Position numbers and translations under genes: made by a program. Below, in pieces: positions 23,901 through 35,407 of a stretch of 64,000 nucleotides of DNA. This DNA comes from Bugula neritina. Taxonomy: Eukaryota > Animalia > Bryozoa. The stretch covers positions 13,856,633-13,920,632 of the forward strand of contig OZ037769.1 in NCBI GenBank assembly GCA_964035545.1. The letters are read 5' to 3'. The notes under the pieces are model-generated. The model did not search any database and was not told the DNA's origin. It worked only from the letters and a program-made list of their open reading frames with translations. Each line of letters opens with the position of its first letter. Positions within the stretch are counted from its first letter, which is position 1.

Positions 23901-25646
23901 TATCTTAAAATTAAAATAACTACGACAAAAACCGAAAGTGGAAAGATACATTGGGAACATTCAAATAAAAGTTTACTCTTCACTTCAAAAGATAAATTCT
24001 TACAAAACTATGATTTGGTAATATTAATCATCATATGAAATTATTATAAAATTTTGTTACTCATTTTAACTGGACACAAAGGGTTATTTCATTTGATTAG
24101 TTTACATACAGCTACGAAAATAATAAAATACTTGCTTAACATTATCAACCAAATAAGCCTATTTTTTTACATTGCTTTACATTTTTCACATAAAGAATAT
24201 TGCTGTCATATAACTATTTGATTTTACTCTAAGCCACTGTTGTTGTTAGTCATGGAAGCCACTTTACTTGCAAGGTAGAAAGTTTTATCTTAATAAGTCA
24301 ACAGTCACAATGGCATAACCAAATCAAAATATCCCTCAAATACTCCAACAGGCAACTCTGCTCAACCATTAAGTATGCTTAGGTTATTACTACTTTATTA
24401 ATTCACATACTTTTTAGTCAAGCTTAGGATAAGAATCAGCAACTATATACCTAAAGATTATATGTAAGTTCCTGTAAGAATGCAAATTGCACAGTGATCA
24501 AATTTGCAATAGAGTTGGAAAAAAAACCAGAATTTTGTTGGTTTAAAGGTAATGACTGTGGTTTGCCACCAAAAATTTGGAAAGAAAGCTAGAACCTTTG
24601 TGTAATACTGACAGCTCTCATAAATTGAGGTCTAGGTATTTAAGATAAAACGTGCTGTTGGATGTCTACAGCAAACATTTGACAAGTAGATCTCGTAAGA
24701 TCTCACATCCATGCAGGCCAAGGAAGTGCCTGATCAGGTGTACAGGGATTAGCATATTAGATTTCTTTTACCTTAAAACTTTAGGCATTTTAAGTGTATG
24801 TAACCCCACCTTCTGTACGAATTTTCCAGTCAAATGTTAGGTAATACATAATATTATCATACCTTTCAGACCGAAGATGGAATTCAGCTGTTAAGTTGTC
24901 CATTAAAGGGCTTTTGTGAAAGTAGTACAACTTAGGTCCAGCCATTCATTTACAATAAAACAAAGATAATTAATAAAGCATTTTTTTCAAATTTGCAATT
25001 TTGATTTGGATATGTGCACTATGCATACATGTAGCTATCTTTAGCAAATTCTATTGATTTGATAAGTATAGTAATATAATAATAGCTATAATAATTAATA
25101 CAATAATAGCTATAATAATTAATACAACAAGGAATATAATATTGGGTATAATAATAGATTAAAATACTGGGTATAATATTGAATATAATAATAAATATGG
25201 ATGCAGTTTAAAGTCTTGGCCCAGGACTATAGCACTAATTTGTACAAGGTGTAACTAATGATCTCTGTTTTAGTTGACTGAGCAGAATGACCTACCAAAG
25301 CAGATGATAGACAAAGAGACAAGCCCATACCATAGTACTGCGACCTCAGTTCAGGTGTCGAGAAGGATCGAACAATAACCAATTGGTAAGTTTCAAGTGT
25401 ATCAGGTTACCATTCATAACTAGTAAACAGCATCCAAATTATAACCATAGTATAGAAGGTCTAGAATGATAATAGTTTGATTAAATATAGTAAGCAATGG
25501 CTGTAATTTGCAGGGTTATAAATGTAATTTAGATAAATATATTATACTACATATGTTGCTGGGTAATATAAACAATGCTCCTTTGATTCAAACCTCAAAC
25601 CCTGTTTCTTGTTCAGTCTTTCATCTCCAAGGAAGTGGAAATACAT

Positions 25647-28367
25647 TTAGATTGTTGCTTCCCATCGAGAACAGAGATAGGCTTTCTCCTGTAGTATCAG
25701 AGGCTTTGGTTTGTAGAGCTGTACAGTCATGGGAATTACCTTCTCCGTCGAATTTCCGGGATTTGGGCAGTCAATTCTTTCTGGCAGATTTAGTATCAGC
25801 GCTGGTTGGAATCTTCTGCTGTTAGCGGTGCTACATAACATTGGTTCTTCGGAATGGCCTTGAACTTTAGCTAGGCAGATTGAAATTATCATTGTCAAGG
25901 CAATGACAAATGGGATCCAGTTTGAAAAGGTCAGTCTGTTTCCACCTCCCGTGGTTTGTTGTTTTTCATCATCGTGTTTCCTGGACAAGTGTGTCAAGTT
26001 CTCCTGGTTTGTGCCTGTATCTGAGATGAGTTTTCTTTTGGGTGGATCTTCAGTAGTTGTTATTGCTTTCTTCATCTTCTCCCAACTGATAGGTGTTACC
26101 GTGACAGGCGATGTTCTGGGTGACTGAGCATCTTTTGAAGTTGGTGTATCAGGTCTTGCAACGCTGGTGATTGTTGGTATGTCATTGACTGTGCTAGAGT
26201 TGGAAGGTGTGTTTCTTGTGTAGAGATTATGCTCATCTATGAATTGTACAACACGGTCTCTAGGTTCGTTTGGTTGCTCACGTCTGCTGCGGCATGTGTA
26301 GTGGTGGTGTCCTCTTTGACCGCAATTGGTGCAGACAGGTCTTCCGTCTATGTCAAATTCTCCTCCATTGTGTTGTTGATTGTATTGGTGTGCCTGTTGG
26401 AATCTACGTTGATGTTGTTGAGATCCCTGAAATCTATTTGGAGAGGGTTGAAATCTGGCTGGTGCTTGGAATCTTCCTCGTTGCTGGAATCTAGCAGGTG
26501 GTCCTTGAAATCTGTATGATGGCTGTTGGACTCTGTATGAATGATGCTGGGCTGGCATATAACGTTGAGTTCCGGATGTATTTCCTTGGAAGTTATCTCT
26601 TCTGTTCCTCTGCCATGTAGTGTCTGGTCCTCTATAGTATGACTGGAACCTTTGCCATGTGTCTGGATCCGGTTCTCTGCTGTTGTGTTGTCTTCTAAAG
26701 CGGCTAGAGTCCTTGTGAGAGTAGAAGTCCCGATTAGGTCCAAGGGGATTCCTTCTCATGTTATCATCTCTCCATCTGTGTCTGGCTACTTCATTAGCAT
26801 AGTCTGCCTTTTCTTTCTCCCTCAGCTCTAAGGCTTTCAAGCTTCTTTTGAGTGACTCAATCTCCTGGTCCTTCTTCTTATCACTCTCAATCGTGTTGAT
26901 AGTTGTTTGGTTAACAACATCCTGCAATAACAATTGATTGGTATGCTCGTATCTCTGAGCAACCTTGAACGCTTCATCAGAGGAAGTGATTTGGCTATTA
27001 TTTAGCATCCCACGCTGGAAAGTGATGGGGAGCCCTTTTATGAATTGGGCCAATATAATTTGGTCCCTGGCATGTTCATCAATGTTAGGATAAGCTCGCT
27101 TCGCCATTGCACATATAGTGGAGTAGAACTTTCCAACTGACTCTGTATCCAGCTTCTTCCTGCTATTCAAGTCAAAGCTTGGCACTACTCCTCCTGAGTT
27201 GATGAACTCTTGATCCATCTCCTGTATTAGTCCGTAGAAGTCTTCATTGAGGCTAGGATATTGGTTTATTATCTTAGTGTAAGTTATCTTAGCACCATCT
27301 TTAAGATATAGTGCTAGGATCTTGGGCCAGGATTCTTCTGGGATAGAGAGAGCTCTGGAGTGCATGATGAAATTCTCCTTGAACTCGTTCCAGGTCAACT
27401 CGTCGAGTGGACTGTTGGCCCATTTTTCCACATCTGGAAGTCTGTTTGTCACTGCGATGATCTGTTGCTTGACTGGCATTGTTTGAGATATTGGAGTGAC
27501 AGATCTTGCTCCATAATGGGCATTTCTTCTGTGTTTGTAATCATCTTCTTTGTATCTCCTGTCATCTTCCAATGAGAGCCTGGGATAGTGGGAGTTGCCC
27601 TTCTTTGCCGAATGTCTGTTATCATGTTCTTGCGAAGGGAGATAATGTTGGGATTGGGGAAACAATTCCATGTCAGGTGAAGGTTGTCTTCTCTCATCAG
27701 GTTGTGAGCTTCTGTGTTTACTGGGATTAAGGGGTAGCCATTCATCCTCGGAGTCGTCTGAAAGACATTCATGTAGTTGTGTTCCATAATAATAATCCCT
27801 CCTCTTTGAAGGCTGGGCCAGCATATGGCTATATTCGTCTCCTTCACTTCTATGTTTCAAGATAGATTGTCTTTTCCTTTTGGATTGATGATATTCTGGC
27901 TCTTCCTTGTCAAGGGAGTGAGATGACCTTGATGGATGATTAATTGCTTCTGGGTATTGGAAATTCCTCCTTGTAGTTTTGGGCCTGACATCTGGTTCAG
28001 GAGAGTTGTCCCGGAATAGATCAGGGGAGTTGTCCCGGAATAGATCTGGGGAGTTGGCTTCTGATCGGTGTTGCCTTCTCCTGGGAGATGGGGATGTTTC
28101 ACAGTTGTACTCATCTACGGTCAGGAATCCTTCATCATCCTCATATTGTTGGTCACGTTCCAAGTCAGTTAGTTGTGTGGGTGGTAGTTGCGGTGGAGCT
28201 GGTACATTAGTGTCATGTTGTGGCTCCCTATAGGCATGGCGGTGTGCTGCAGCCTCCCTGGCTAAGCTTTGAAAGCTGGTAGGGGCTTGCTTTTGTTTTT
28301 GGGGCTTTTCTGGGAGTCCGGTGATACGGCGGAGCAGGTTTGATACTCCTCTGCCAGGTTTACTCAT
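25647..28367 (-). CDS. Gag-like protein fused to an internal signal peptide and truncated Env-like domain (element D)
   Basis: 906 aa from the first ATG (MSKPGRG): disordered N-terminus, gag core (WNEFKENF...LYLKDGA...ESVGKFY...FIKGLP), CTNCGQRGHHHYTC knuckle, hydrophobic WIPFVIALTMIISICLAKVQG, then Cys-containing PMLC...LPERIDCP...AYLC. Confidence 0.85.
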   Translation of the reverse strand: MSKPGRGVSNLLRRITGLPEKPQKQKQAPTSFQSLAREAAAHRHAYREPQHDTNVPAPPQLPPTQLTDLERDQQYEDDEGFLTVDEYNCETSPSPRRRQHRSEANSPDLFRDNSPDLFRDNSPEPDVRPKTTRRNFQYPEAINHPSRSSHSLDKEEPEYHQSKRKRQSILKHRSEGDEYSHMLAQPSKRRDYYYGTQLHECLSDDSEDEWLPLNPSKHRSSQPDERRQPSPDMELFPQSQHYLPSQEHDNRHSAKKGNSHYPRLSLEDDRRYKEDDYKHRRNAHYGARSVTPISQTMPVKQQIIAVTNRLPDVEKWANSPLDELTWNEFKENFIMHSRALSIPEESWPKILALYLKDGAKITYTKIINQYPSLNEDFYGLIQEMDQEFINSGGVVPSFDLNSRKKLDTESVGKFYSTICAMAKRAYPNIDEHARDQIILAQFIKGLPITFQRGMLNNSQITSSDEAFKVAQRYEHTNQLLLQDVVNQTTINTIESDKKKDQEIESLKRSLKALELREKEKADYANEVARHRWRDDNMRRNPLGPNRDFYSHKDSSRFRRQHNSREPDPDTWQRFQSYYRGPDTTWQRNRRDNFQGNTSGTQRYMPAQHHSYRVQQPSYRFQGPPARFQQRGRFQAPARFQPSPNRFQGSQQHQRRFQQAHQYNQQHNGGEFDIDGRPVCTNCGQRGHHHYTCRSRREQPNEPRDRVVQFIDEHNLYTRNTPSNSSTVNDIPTITSVARPDTPTSKDAQSPRTSPVTVTPISWEKMKKAITTTEDPPKRKLISDTGTNQENLTHLSRKHDDEKQQTTGGGNRLTFSNWIPFVIALTMIISICLAKVQGHSEEPMLCSTANSRRFQPALILNLPERIDCPNPGNSTEKVIPMTVQLYKPKPLILQEKAYLCSRWEATI

Positions 28368-28943
28368 TTTTTTTATGCTGCAAATGTACTTAGCAACACA
28401 CAAACACAATGCAGCAAGTAGCAAATAGAAGAATGTGTATATATATTGTATTTATATTTTGTGAACAAATAATTGTACTGATAAATATTTGTTGCTCTTA
28501 TTATATCAACTCTTTAATTGCAAGCAACAAAAACTGTTGGACTGGAAAAGCATGTATATACATATATAAAAATTAGTATACAGCAGTATGATAATTTTAA
28601 GTAGCTGTGTGTAGAAATATTGTTAAACAGCACTATATTATGTTTATCATACAAGTTTCAAGAATAGCCAATATAAGATAAGGTAACTCTAAACTAGTTA
28701 TAGGGTAACTCTAAACTAATTATAATTATTACATTGAATATTTTAGTATATTTAGCATTAATTAGTTCACAGGATATATGATTTGCAGACAATGTAGCAG
28801 TAATATAAAAGCTTAGAGGATAAATATACATATATGTATTAATCAATCAAACGCAAGCAATTTATCACAGGCCCTATTAAAGAAAACTGGCTAGTATGTC
28901 CTACACAGCAAGATTTCTCTAAGCCCAACAGAAGCTCCAAATT

Positions 28944-31003
28944 TGTCGAACAAAAATTTAAAAATAATTAAAATAATTAAGATTAAAAATAAACTTTGCA
29001 ATTTATAATTGATAACTGAATTAAATAACTGAATTAAATAATTGAATCGGATTAAATTGAACCTCTGGTTTAGTCAGATTGGTCAGTTAAAATGAAGCGA
29101 AGTTACTTATTAGCTTTTAGTTTCAAAATTTCTATATAATTTGCAATTGATTAATCAAAAACAAGAGTTATCTTTGCTCGACAAATATTATGGTTTGGAA
29201 ATCATGTAGTAATGTATATATGTGGTTCTATGTATATTGTGTAATGGTTAGCACTCAGGCTAATATTCTGTGAGACAAATTTGGGATTTGCTCCCTCAGA
29301 AGAATTGAAATTATAATATATATGTGTTGTATAATATGTATATCTATTTGATAATAATATTGAAGCAAGCAAATTACAATAATAAAATATTACAAGAAAT
29401 TAGCCAAACCAAAACAAAGATTGTCCTAGCGACCCTTTGAAATCTTGCTGTGTTATACTAGCAACAGAAATAGCTAAGTTTGACAATTGGGATAGAAAGG
29501 CTTATACAAAATTGAATACACAATGAGAATTGCAAGTAGAACATCAATATTAAAATATATGCTTTAACATAAACTCATACAGCCTTGAAATAAATTCTTC
29601 AATATAAATTAGTGCAGCTTTAGAATTCAAATATTTTCTCAATCCAAATATTTTCTCAAGTATAAATTTGTGCAGCTTTAAAATTCAAATATTTTTTCAA
29701 TGTAAATTTATGCAGCTTTAAAATTCAAATATTTCTTCAATGTAAATTTGTGTAGACTAGAAACAAATTTCTCAATTCAAATATAAATTTATGCAGCTCT
29801 TTTTTTTTTAAATTCAAATACTTTCTCAATCCAAATATTTCTCAAATATAGATTTGTGTAGACTAGAGACAAATTTCTCAATTCAAATATTTCTCAAATA
29901 TAAATCTGTGCAGCTTTGACATAAATTTTCTCAATTCAAATGTTTCTCAAATAAATTTGTGCTGCTTCAGAATCAATAAATCAAATCAACAGATTTCTTA
30001 AAATAAATTTGTGCTGCTTCAGAATCAATAAATCAAATCAACAATTTGTGCTGCTTCAGAATCAATAAATCAAATCAACAATTTGTGCTGCTTCAGAATC
30101 AATAAATCAAATCAATAATTTCTTAAAATAAATTTGTGCTGCTTCAGAATTAAAAGAACATTGATAAACTTGTTAGTTCAAATAGCGTAGTACAAGAAGT
30201 TAATACATAAACATATCCATAAAAAAAATTGTAATATTACTTACTGCAATCAATATGTGTATTGTCAGTCTCTTGAAATTTCCCTTAGCGTTAGCAATTA
30301 CTATTATTACTGTTATTACTAATAAGTATATATTTTGTATTCCGATTATCTTTGTATACCAATTAATTAATTACTCGATTACATGATTTTCCAGAGACCC
30401 GGTGGCTCCTTTTATATCGGATCTTCTTGGCGGTGGTTCAGATTTCAAGGATACCGGCAACAACTGGTGAAAACTGGCCGACGAAAACTGGCGGCAGAAA
30501 TTGACGCAGAATTCGGTCAGGTATGTTGTTGTTTACAGCCAAGATGGGGATTGACGTAAGAGGATCTGCTGTTGTTGACTCATCTTTGTATTTTGTAGGC
30601 TATATCATCGTTAATTGTACCTCAGTCTATAATTTGAAGAATAATTTTTGACTATAATATGGTAAAATATATCAGCCAATGGTCACGTGTTGATCTCTAT
30701 AATAGGCTATATTAATGTTAAATAATTTATTAAGCATCTAAATTGTTGTATATCATCTATATGTTGGCATGAATAAATATTCACACATATACATGTATAT
30801 CTCTATTTGTAAACAGCATCTATTATATGTTTCAGCTTTTTACCTATTTCCATTTGTTCAGCAATTAGTGTTTTATTTCAAAAGTCAGTATCACAAATTT
30901 CAACACGTGATCATGGCATGTAGTACTGTAATTACTTATCCAAAAAGCCACATACTACTAGATAATATTATTTGCATTGCCACAAAGCTATAAATTCATG
31001 TGC

Positions 31004-31042
<39 letters not shown>

Positions 31043-31964
31043 AATGTATTAATGCATTCTTTGTTTAGAGCAACTTCTGTGCAAAACCAAGATGTCTAAC
31101 TCACTCAAAACTTGTACATTTAAACATTAACTTTACTCAATTATTGAGCCTCATGTATCCTATTACTTGAATGTACTTATACTCTTTCTTGAATGTTGTA
31201 GATAAATTGTAGTCTACATACCGTGATGGAGCAGATATAATAATTTATAATTGCATCAACCTGCTACAGCAGCTATCTCACTGAAAGTCTCAAGCAAACG
31301 TCAGCATCGCCGAAGCCATATTTTAATAAGCTGGCAGAACATCTCAGATACACAACTTGTGAAGTACAGAAGTAAGAATTAACATAAGAGAACAGTATAT
31401 GTATAATCATGCATCCTACCGAGAATATAGTTTTTTAAGAATTTTCTGAGAACAATGGTAATATATATATATCAATACTTTTAGTTTAATCACTTATGAC
31501 ATAATTTATAGAAATTCTACTTCTAACATTATTGCAAAATGTTTCCCGCAATCCTTGCAAACTTGTAGAAATGAGGCTATCTAACATTTCTATTTTGTTT
31601 ATATTAGCGAATAGTTTCAGTCTTTATATCGGTCACCATGAGGATACAATTGCTTTGACATTTCTATTCCCATCAATAAAATAAGCATTTTCTACGTAAG
31701 AGAGAAACTATGTCTATTTACCTGGTAGACTATTCTGCAAGGCCATGATAGAGTTTTGACTTTGCAAGTTATTCTGCAAGGCCATGATAGAATTTTGAAT
31801 TTCCTCTCCACTACTTTTACTAAAACTCTTAAGCTATACTCCTATATTCAAACCATTAGTTCTAATCATAACTACTATTAGCATATCATTCTGTAAAAAC
31901 ATTAAGTTGCTGTGCAGTATCTACTCTGCAAAATATAAAGTACTGTGTAATCTCTGATCTGACA
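28944..31964 (-). repeat. 5' LTR of element D (~3021 bp)
   Basis: Copy of 19123-22140; contains a minus-strand TATAAAAGG at ~30407-30415 next to a GC-richer patch. Confidence 0.92.
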
Positions 31965-34035
31965 ATATTTAGGGCTTGTAGATTAAAGATTTTATACCTA
32001 CACAGAGACTGCTGAATACTGATGACATTTGTATCTGGGCATTATAGCACACGAGCTTTCTGGGCTGTTTTGTATATAATTTGCATGTGCCAAATTAATA
32101 AAATATTTTATAACAATCCACAGTTCTTCAAAATATGAAAAGTTACCTTTAGCCTAGCTACAAAAATGAATTTTATTATCGCATGGAAGTATGTCGTGGT
32201 GCCAAACGTTTGCAAAAGCATTATGTTATCGTTGCCATTAGTAGCAAACATTTATTATGCAGTGATGCGACAGTCATCGGAATTTCCCCAAACATCGAGG
32301 GAATTTCCGTAGTGGCGACTTTCCACCTTATACGCAGTGGTTTTTCCTCCGCTTGGGAAATTCTATTATAGCATATTATAGAACGACCGTTTATCAATCC
32401 AAACATTTTCACTTGTAGTAAATATCCGCCTCTCCAAACTGAATTGCGCGTAAGAACATAACAATGGACCTTGTTTTCTGAGCCTTTGTTAGTATGAAAA
32501 ATTATTCTGGTTGTATTGTTTATTTTTGTTTACAGAGATAGTTATAGGGGGGTTAAACTCATGTGATTGCGGAATACAACTGTTGATACTCAATTCGTTT
32601 TGTTTTAGTTTTTTCTTCAACTTTTCGTTTTAGTTTAGGCGTTGCCGATTGTCACTATCACTGAGAGTGAGTATCAGTGTATCACTATCACTATGAGTAT
32701 GATTATGACTTTCACTATGATTATGATTGACATCATGATTGTGATTATTATTATCAATATTATTATGAATATCATGATTTAGGTTGTAGTAATCTTATTC
32801 AGATTTATTTAGTTTTTAGTAATAGCTCTGTTAAACTTAATCATAATGTTATATACTGATACTTATTTTATTTTTATTCACATTAACTTTGAGTTTGACA
32901 TTAGCGTTGCTATGCCTATAGCCCTATAGTAATAGTTATAGTATAACTATACGTAGTACTAATGGTAATAGTAATAGGCAATTAAACTTATTGTGATAAT
33001 AACAATAGAAATAACAATTTAAACTAGAGATTGCCATTCTGATTCAGTTAGTGGTCGTTTTGCTATTAAAAGTCAAAATGATAATCAGAATGTAACACTA
33101 ACAGTGGTAACTGTAGGGCTAAGTGTAACTGTAATTAACTTCTAGGCAATTTCAACTGGCTATATAACTATAGTATACTGTATACCATAGTTTGTATAGT
33201 ATAACTATATGCCATATATAGTATATGCTATATTCATTAGATACTTGAGAAAATTTATGTAGTTTAAAATTGTTACTTGACATGCATCTTCTCATCTGCC
33301 TTAAACTCTAGTAATCTTCCACATGTAGGTTTAGTAATTTACTGTAAGTTCCAATGAAATGGAAAGTTGTGTAGTGTTGTTCGAGGCCCAATAGTTATGT
33401 GGGCTTTCTAGCGAGTCTAATTAGCATTTAATCACCGATAACTCAAGGGTAGTTTCGATTAGAAGCTTTATTAAATTATATAATACAATGCAAAAAAATA
33501 TCTCTATGTATCACGGAACTTGCTACTTTACATCACTGTAATTACGCTCCAACTAACTACTGACTGTCTGTATGGCTTAATACGATTGTTATCTATAACT
33601 CTCTGTGATTGGCAGGGGGTGCGCGTGACGTGTAAACCACGCCCAATTACACCGCCCCCCCCCCAGCAGGAAGCATACCTTCCTGATATTTACCCAACAA
33701 CAACAAAAAAAATATAAAACAAAATAATAAAAAAAACAAAAATATAAAATCTGAACATCAAAAATATCACGTATAAGATTGGCATATTCCCAAAAAGAAA
33801 TTTACATGTTTGTGAGCAAAACTACGTGGGGAATGACACAATATAAACCCACGGTTTATCTACATATTGATATAAGAAAGAAAAATATAAAATAATATCC
33901 ACGTACGAAGATCATGTAGCACCGAGATCAGATACGGCCGGAGAGGGATGAGTGTGGGGAGAGAGATAACGTGTCACCACCTGCAGGTGTGAAGGGTCGG
34001 AAGAAGTGGGGAAGGAGAATAATGTCATTAAGGGT

Positions 34036-35130
34036 TCAGTCCTGGTCACCTCGCTTGAGTAGAGCCACAGAGGCTTTGAGAGTTTTAAGCTCTGAGCCGG
34101 CGGCAGCTACTCTAGGAGTTAGTCGTTGAACCTCGGCCTCCAGGTCATATACGCGGAGTTTAACTTCTTTTAAGTTGCGAGCGGTGGGAGCATGCCGTTT
34201 TGGAGAGGATGAGTGCCAGCGGCGTTTAGTAGAAGGTTGTACAGAAACGGGGGAGGGGGAGCGTCGTTTTCTAGGTATTTCGACTCTCTGGAGGAGGACT
34301 CGTGGTAGGGTGGTGGGTCGAGGTACAGTTTGTGCTGGAGGAGAGTGGGGTGGCTTTGCAGATTTCCTGTGTCTAGGGGGTTTCGGACACGGTCCATGAG
34401 TGATGAGGCGAGGGGATGGGAATCCTTGTTTCAGTCGCTCGAAACGGGGGAGATCTTTGATGAAGGGCTTTATTAAGTTGAGGAAGGTGGGGAAGTTATA
34501 CTGATCCACGTCATATAGGTGCCCCACATGGCATTCCATGGTGCGCTGGTGTCTGAGGATGTAGTCCCTGTGGTAACTGAATTCACCACAGGGACAGAGG
34601 GTGGTTAAGAAGTGTTGCGGTACATGGACGCGCAAACGGCGATGAGTAGAGAAGTGCTGTTGACACAGCCTGCAGGTGGTGCATTCATCATGGCCGCGGT
34701 GTATCTGGATCTGTTCTTCTGTTTCTTGTGCGACCCAGCTATGCCGTTGGAGTAGCGTGTCCGGCAGGGAGGTGGGAGGTGTTTCGCCGTTCCAGGCTAG
34801 CTCTAGTGGTGGCATGTCTCCGTAGTTGGAAGAGCGAGTGGCGTCTAAAAGAGCAGAATTATTGTTAGATCGAAGTTGATCTTTACAGCATAATTCTGAT
34901 GACAATCGACTGTTACTAGTCTGAGAGTCATGCATCTTTTTGTACGGCACTCGAGAGACTGTGTCAGAACGTGTAAACTGACTGAGAGACATAGTATCAA
35001 GCTCCAGATCTAGTAGATCGTCCGCCATTACTATGTCCTCGTCGTCATTCACGTGTGACTCTGTCTCCAGTAACTGTGATTCAATCAGATCGATTAAATC
35101 AGAGTTGACTGAGGTGAGATCTATTTCCAT
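34036..35130 (-). CDS. Accessory ORF of element E: C2H2 zinc-finger protein with C-terminal coiled coil
   Basis: 364 aa ATG-initiated ORF between pol and the PPT; CRLCQQHFSTHRRLRVHVPQH (C-x2-C-x12-H-x3-H) and CPCGEFSYHRDYILRHQRTMECH; acidic N-terminus, basic RKRR/KRR, heptad Leu/Val tail. Confidence 0.78.
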   Translation of the reverse strand: MEIDLTSVNSDLIDLIESQLLETESHVNDDEDIVMADDLLDLELDTMSLSQFTRSDTVSRVPYKKMHDSQTSNSRLSSELCCKDQLRSNNNSALLDATRSSNYGDMPPLELAWNGETPPTSLPDTLLQRHSWVAQETEEQIQIHRGHDECTTCRLCQQHFSTHRRLRVHVPQHFLTTLCPCGEFSYHRDYILRHQRTMECHVGHLYDVDQYNFPTFLNLIKPFIKDLPRFERLKQGFPSPRLITHGPCPKPPRHRKSAKPPHSPPAQTVPRPTTLPRVLLQRVEIPRKRRSPSPVSVQPSTKRRWHSSSPKRHAPTARNLKEVKLRVYDLEAEVQRLTPRVAAAGSELKTLKASVALLKRGDQD

Positions 35131-35407
35131 TAGTGGAGGTGTTAGATCTAGGCAAGCTTACCTTGGAACTCGGTATTTGTACTCATACTCGACGTTCAAG
35201 CTTGGATGTGGATGGATTAAAAAGCACGTCTACTCTTGACCGCGTCAGCGTAGGAAAAGGCTGGACAGCGTCTTTGTTGTGCGAGACCGGAACTGTGTGC
35301 CCGGGGAGTGGTAATTCCACTCGCTATTCCGTTTTCGCAAAACTTGGTTTTTCCGTGGTGTTCATAACTCCCACGCTTTGCTGCCAGTCTTTCCGTACGG
35401 CGCCCAG

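Larger units (their letters stand above)
19123..31964 (-). mobile_element. Element D: 12.8-kb pol-less LTR element with ~3-kb LTRs
   Basis: Direct repeats 19123-22140 and 28944-31964 begin TGTC and end GACA, with ATAT duplicated on both sides; the single long internal ORF is Gag-like. Confidence 0.88.

Noticed and set aside
25273-25385. Plus-strand exon-like segment (TTTTAG...GTAAGT) inside element D
   Set aside because: Splice-like motifs are common in AT-rich DNA and I could not assemble a coherent spliced ORF.
19123-31964. Segmental/tandem duplication of 3 kb
   Set aside because: TG...CA termini, a 4-bp TSD and an enclosed gag indicate LTRs.
34036-35130. env call for the extra ORF of element E
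   Set aside because: No signal peptide or TM segment; zinc-finger motifs instead.
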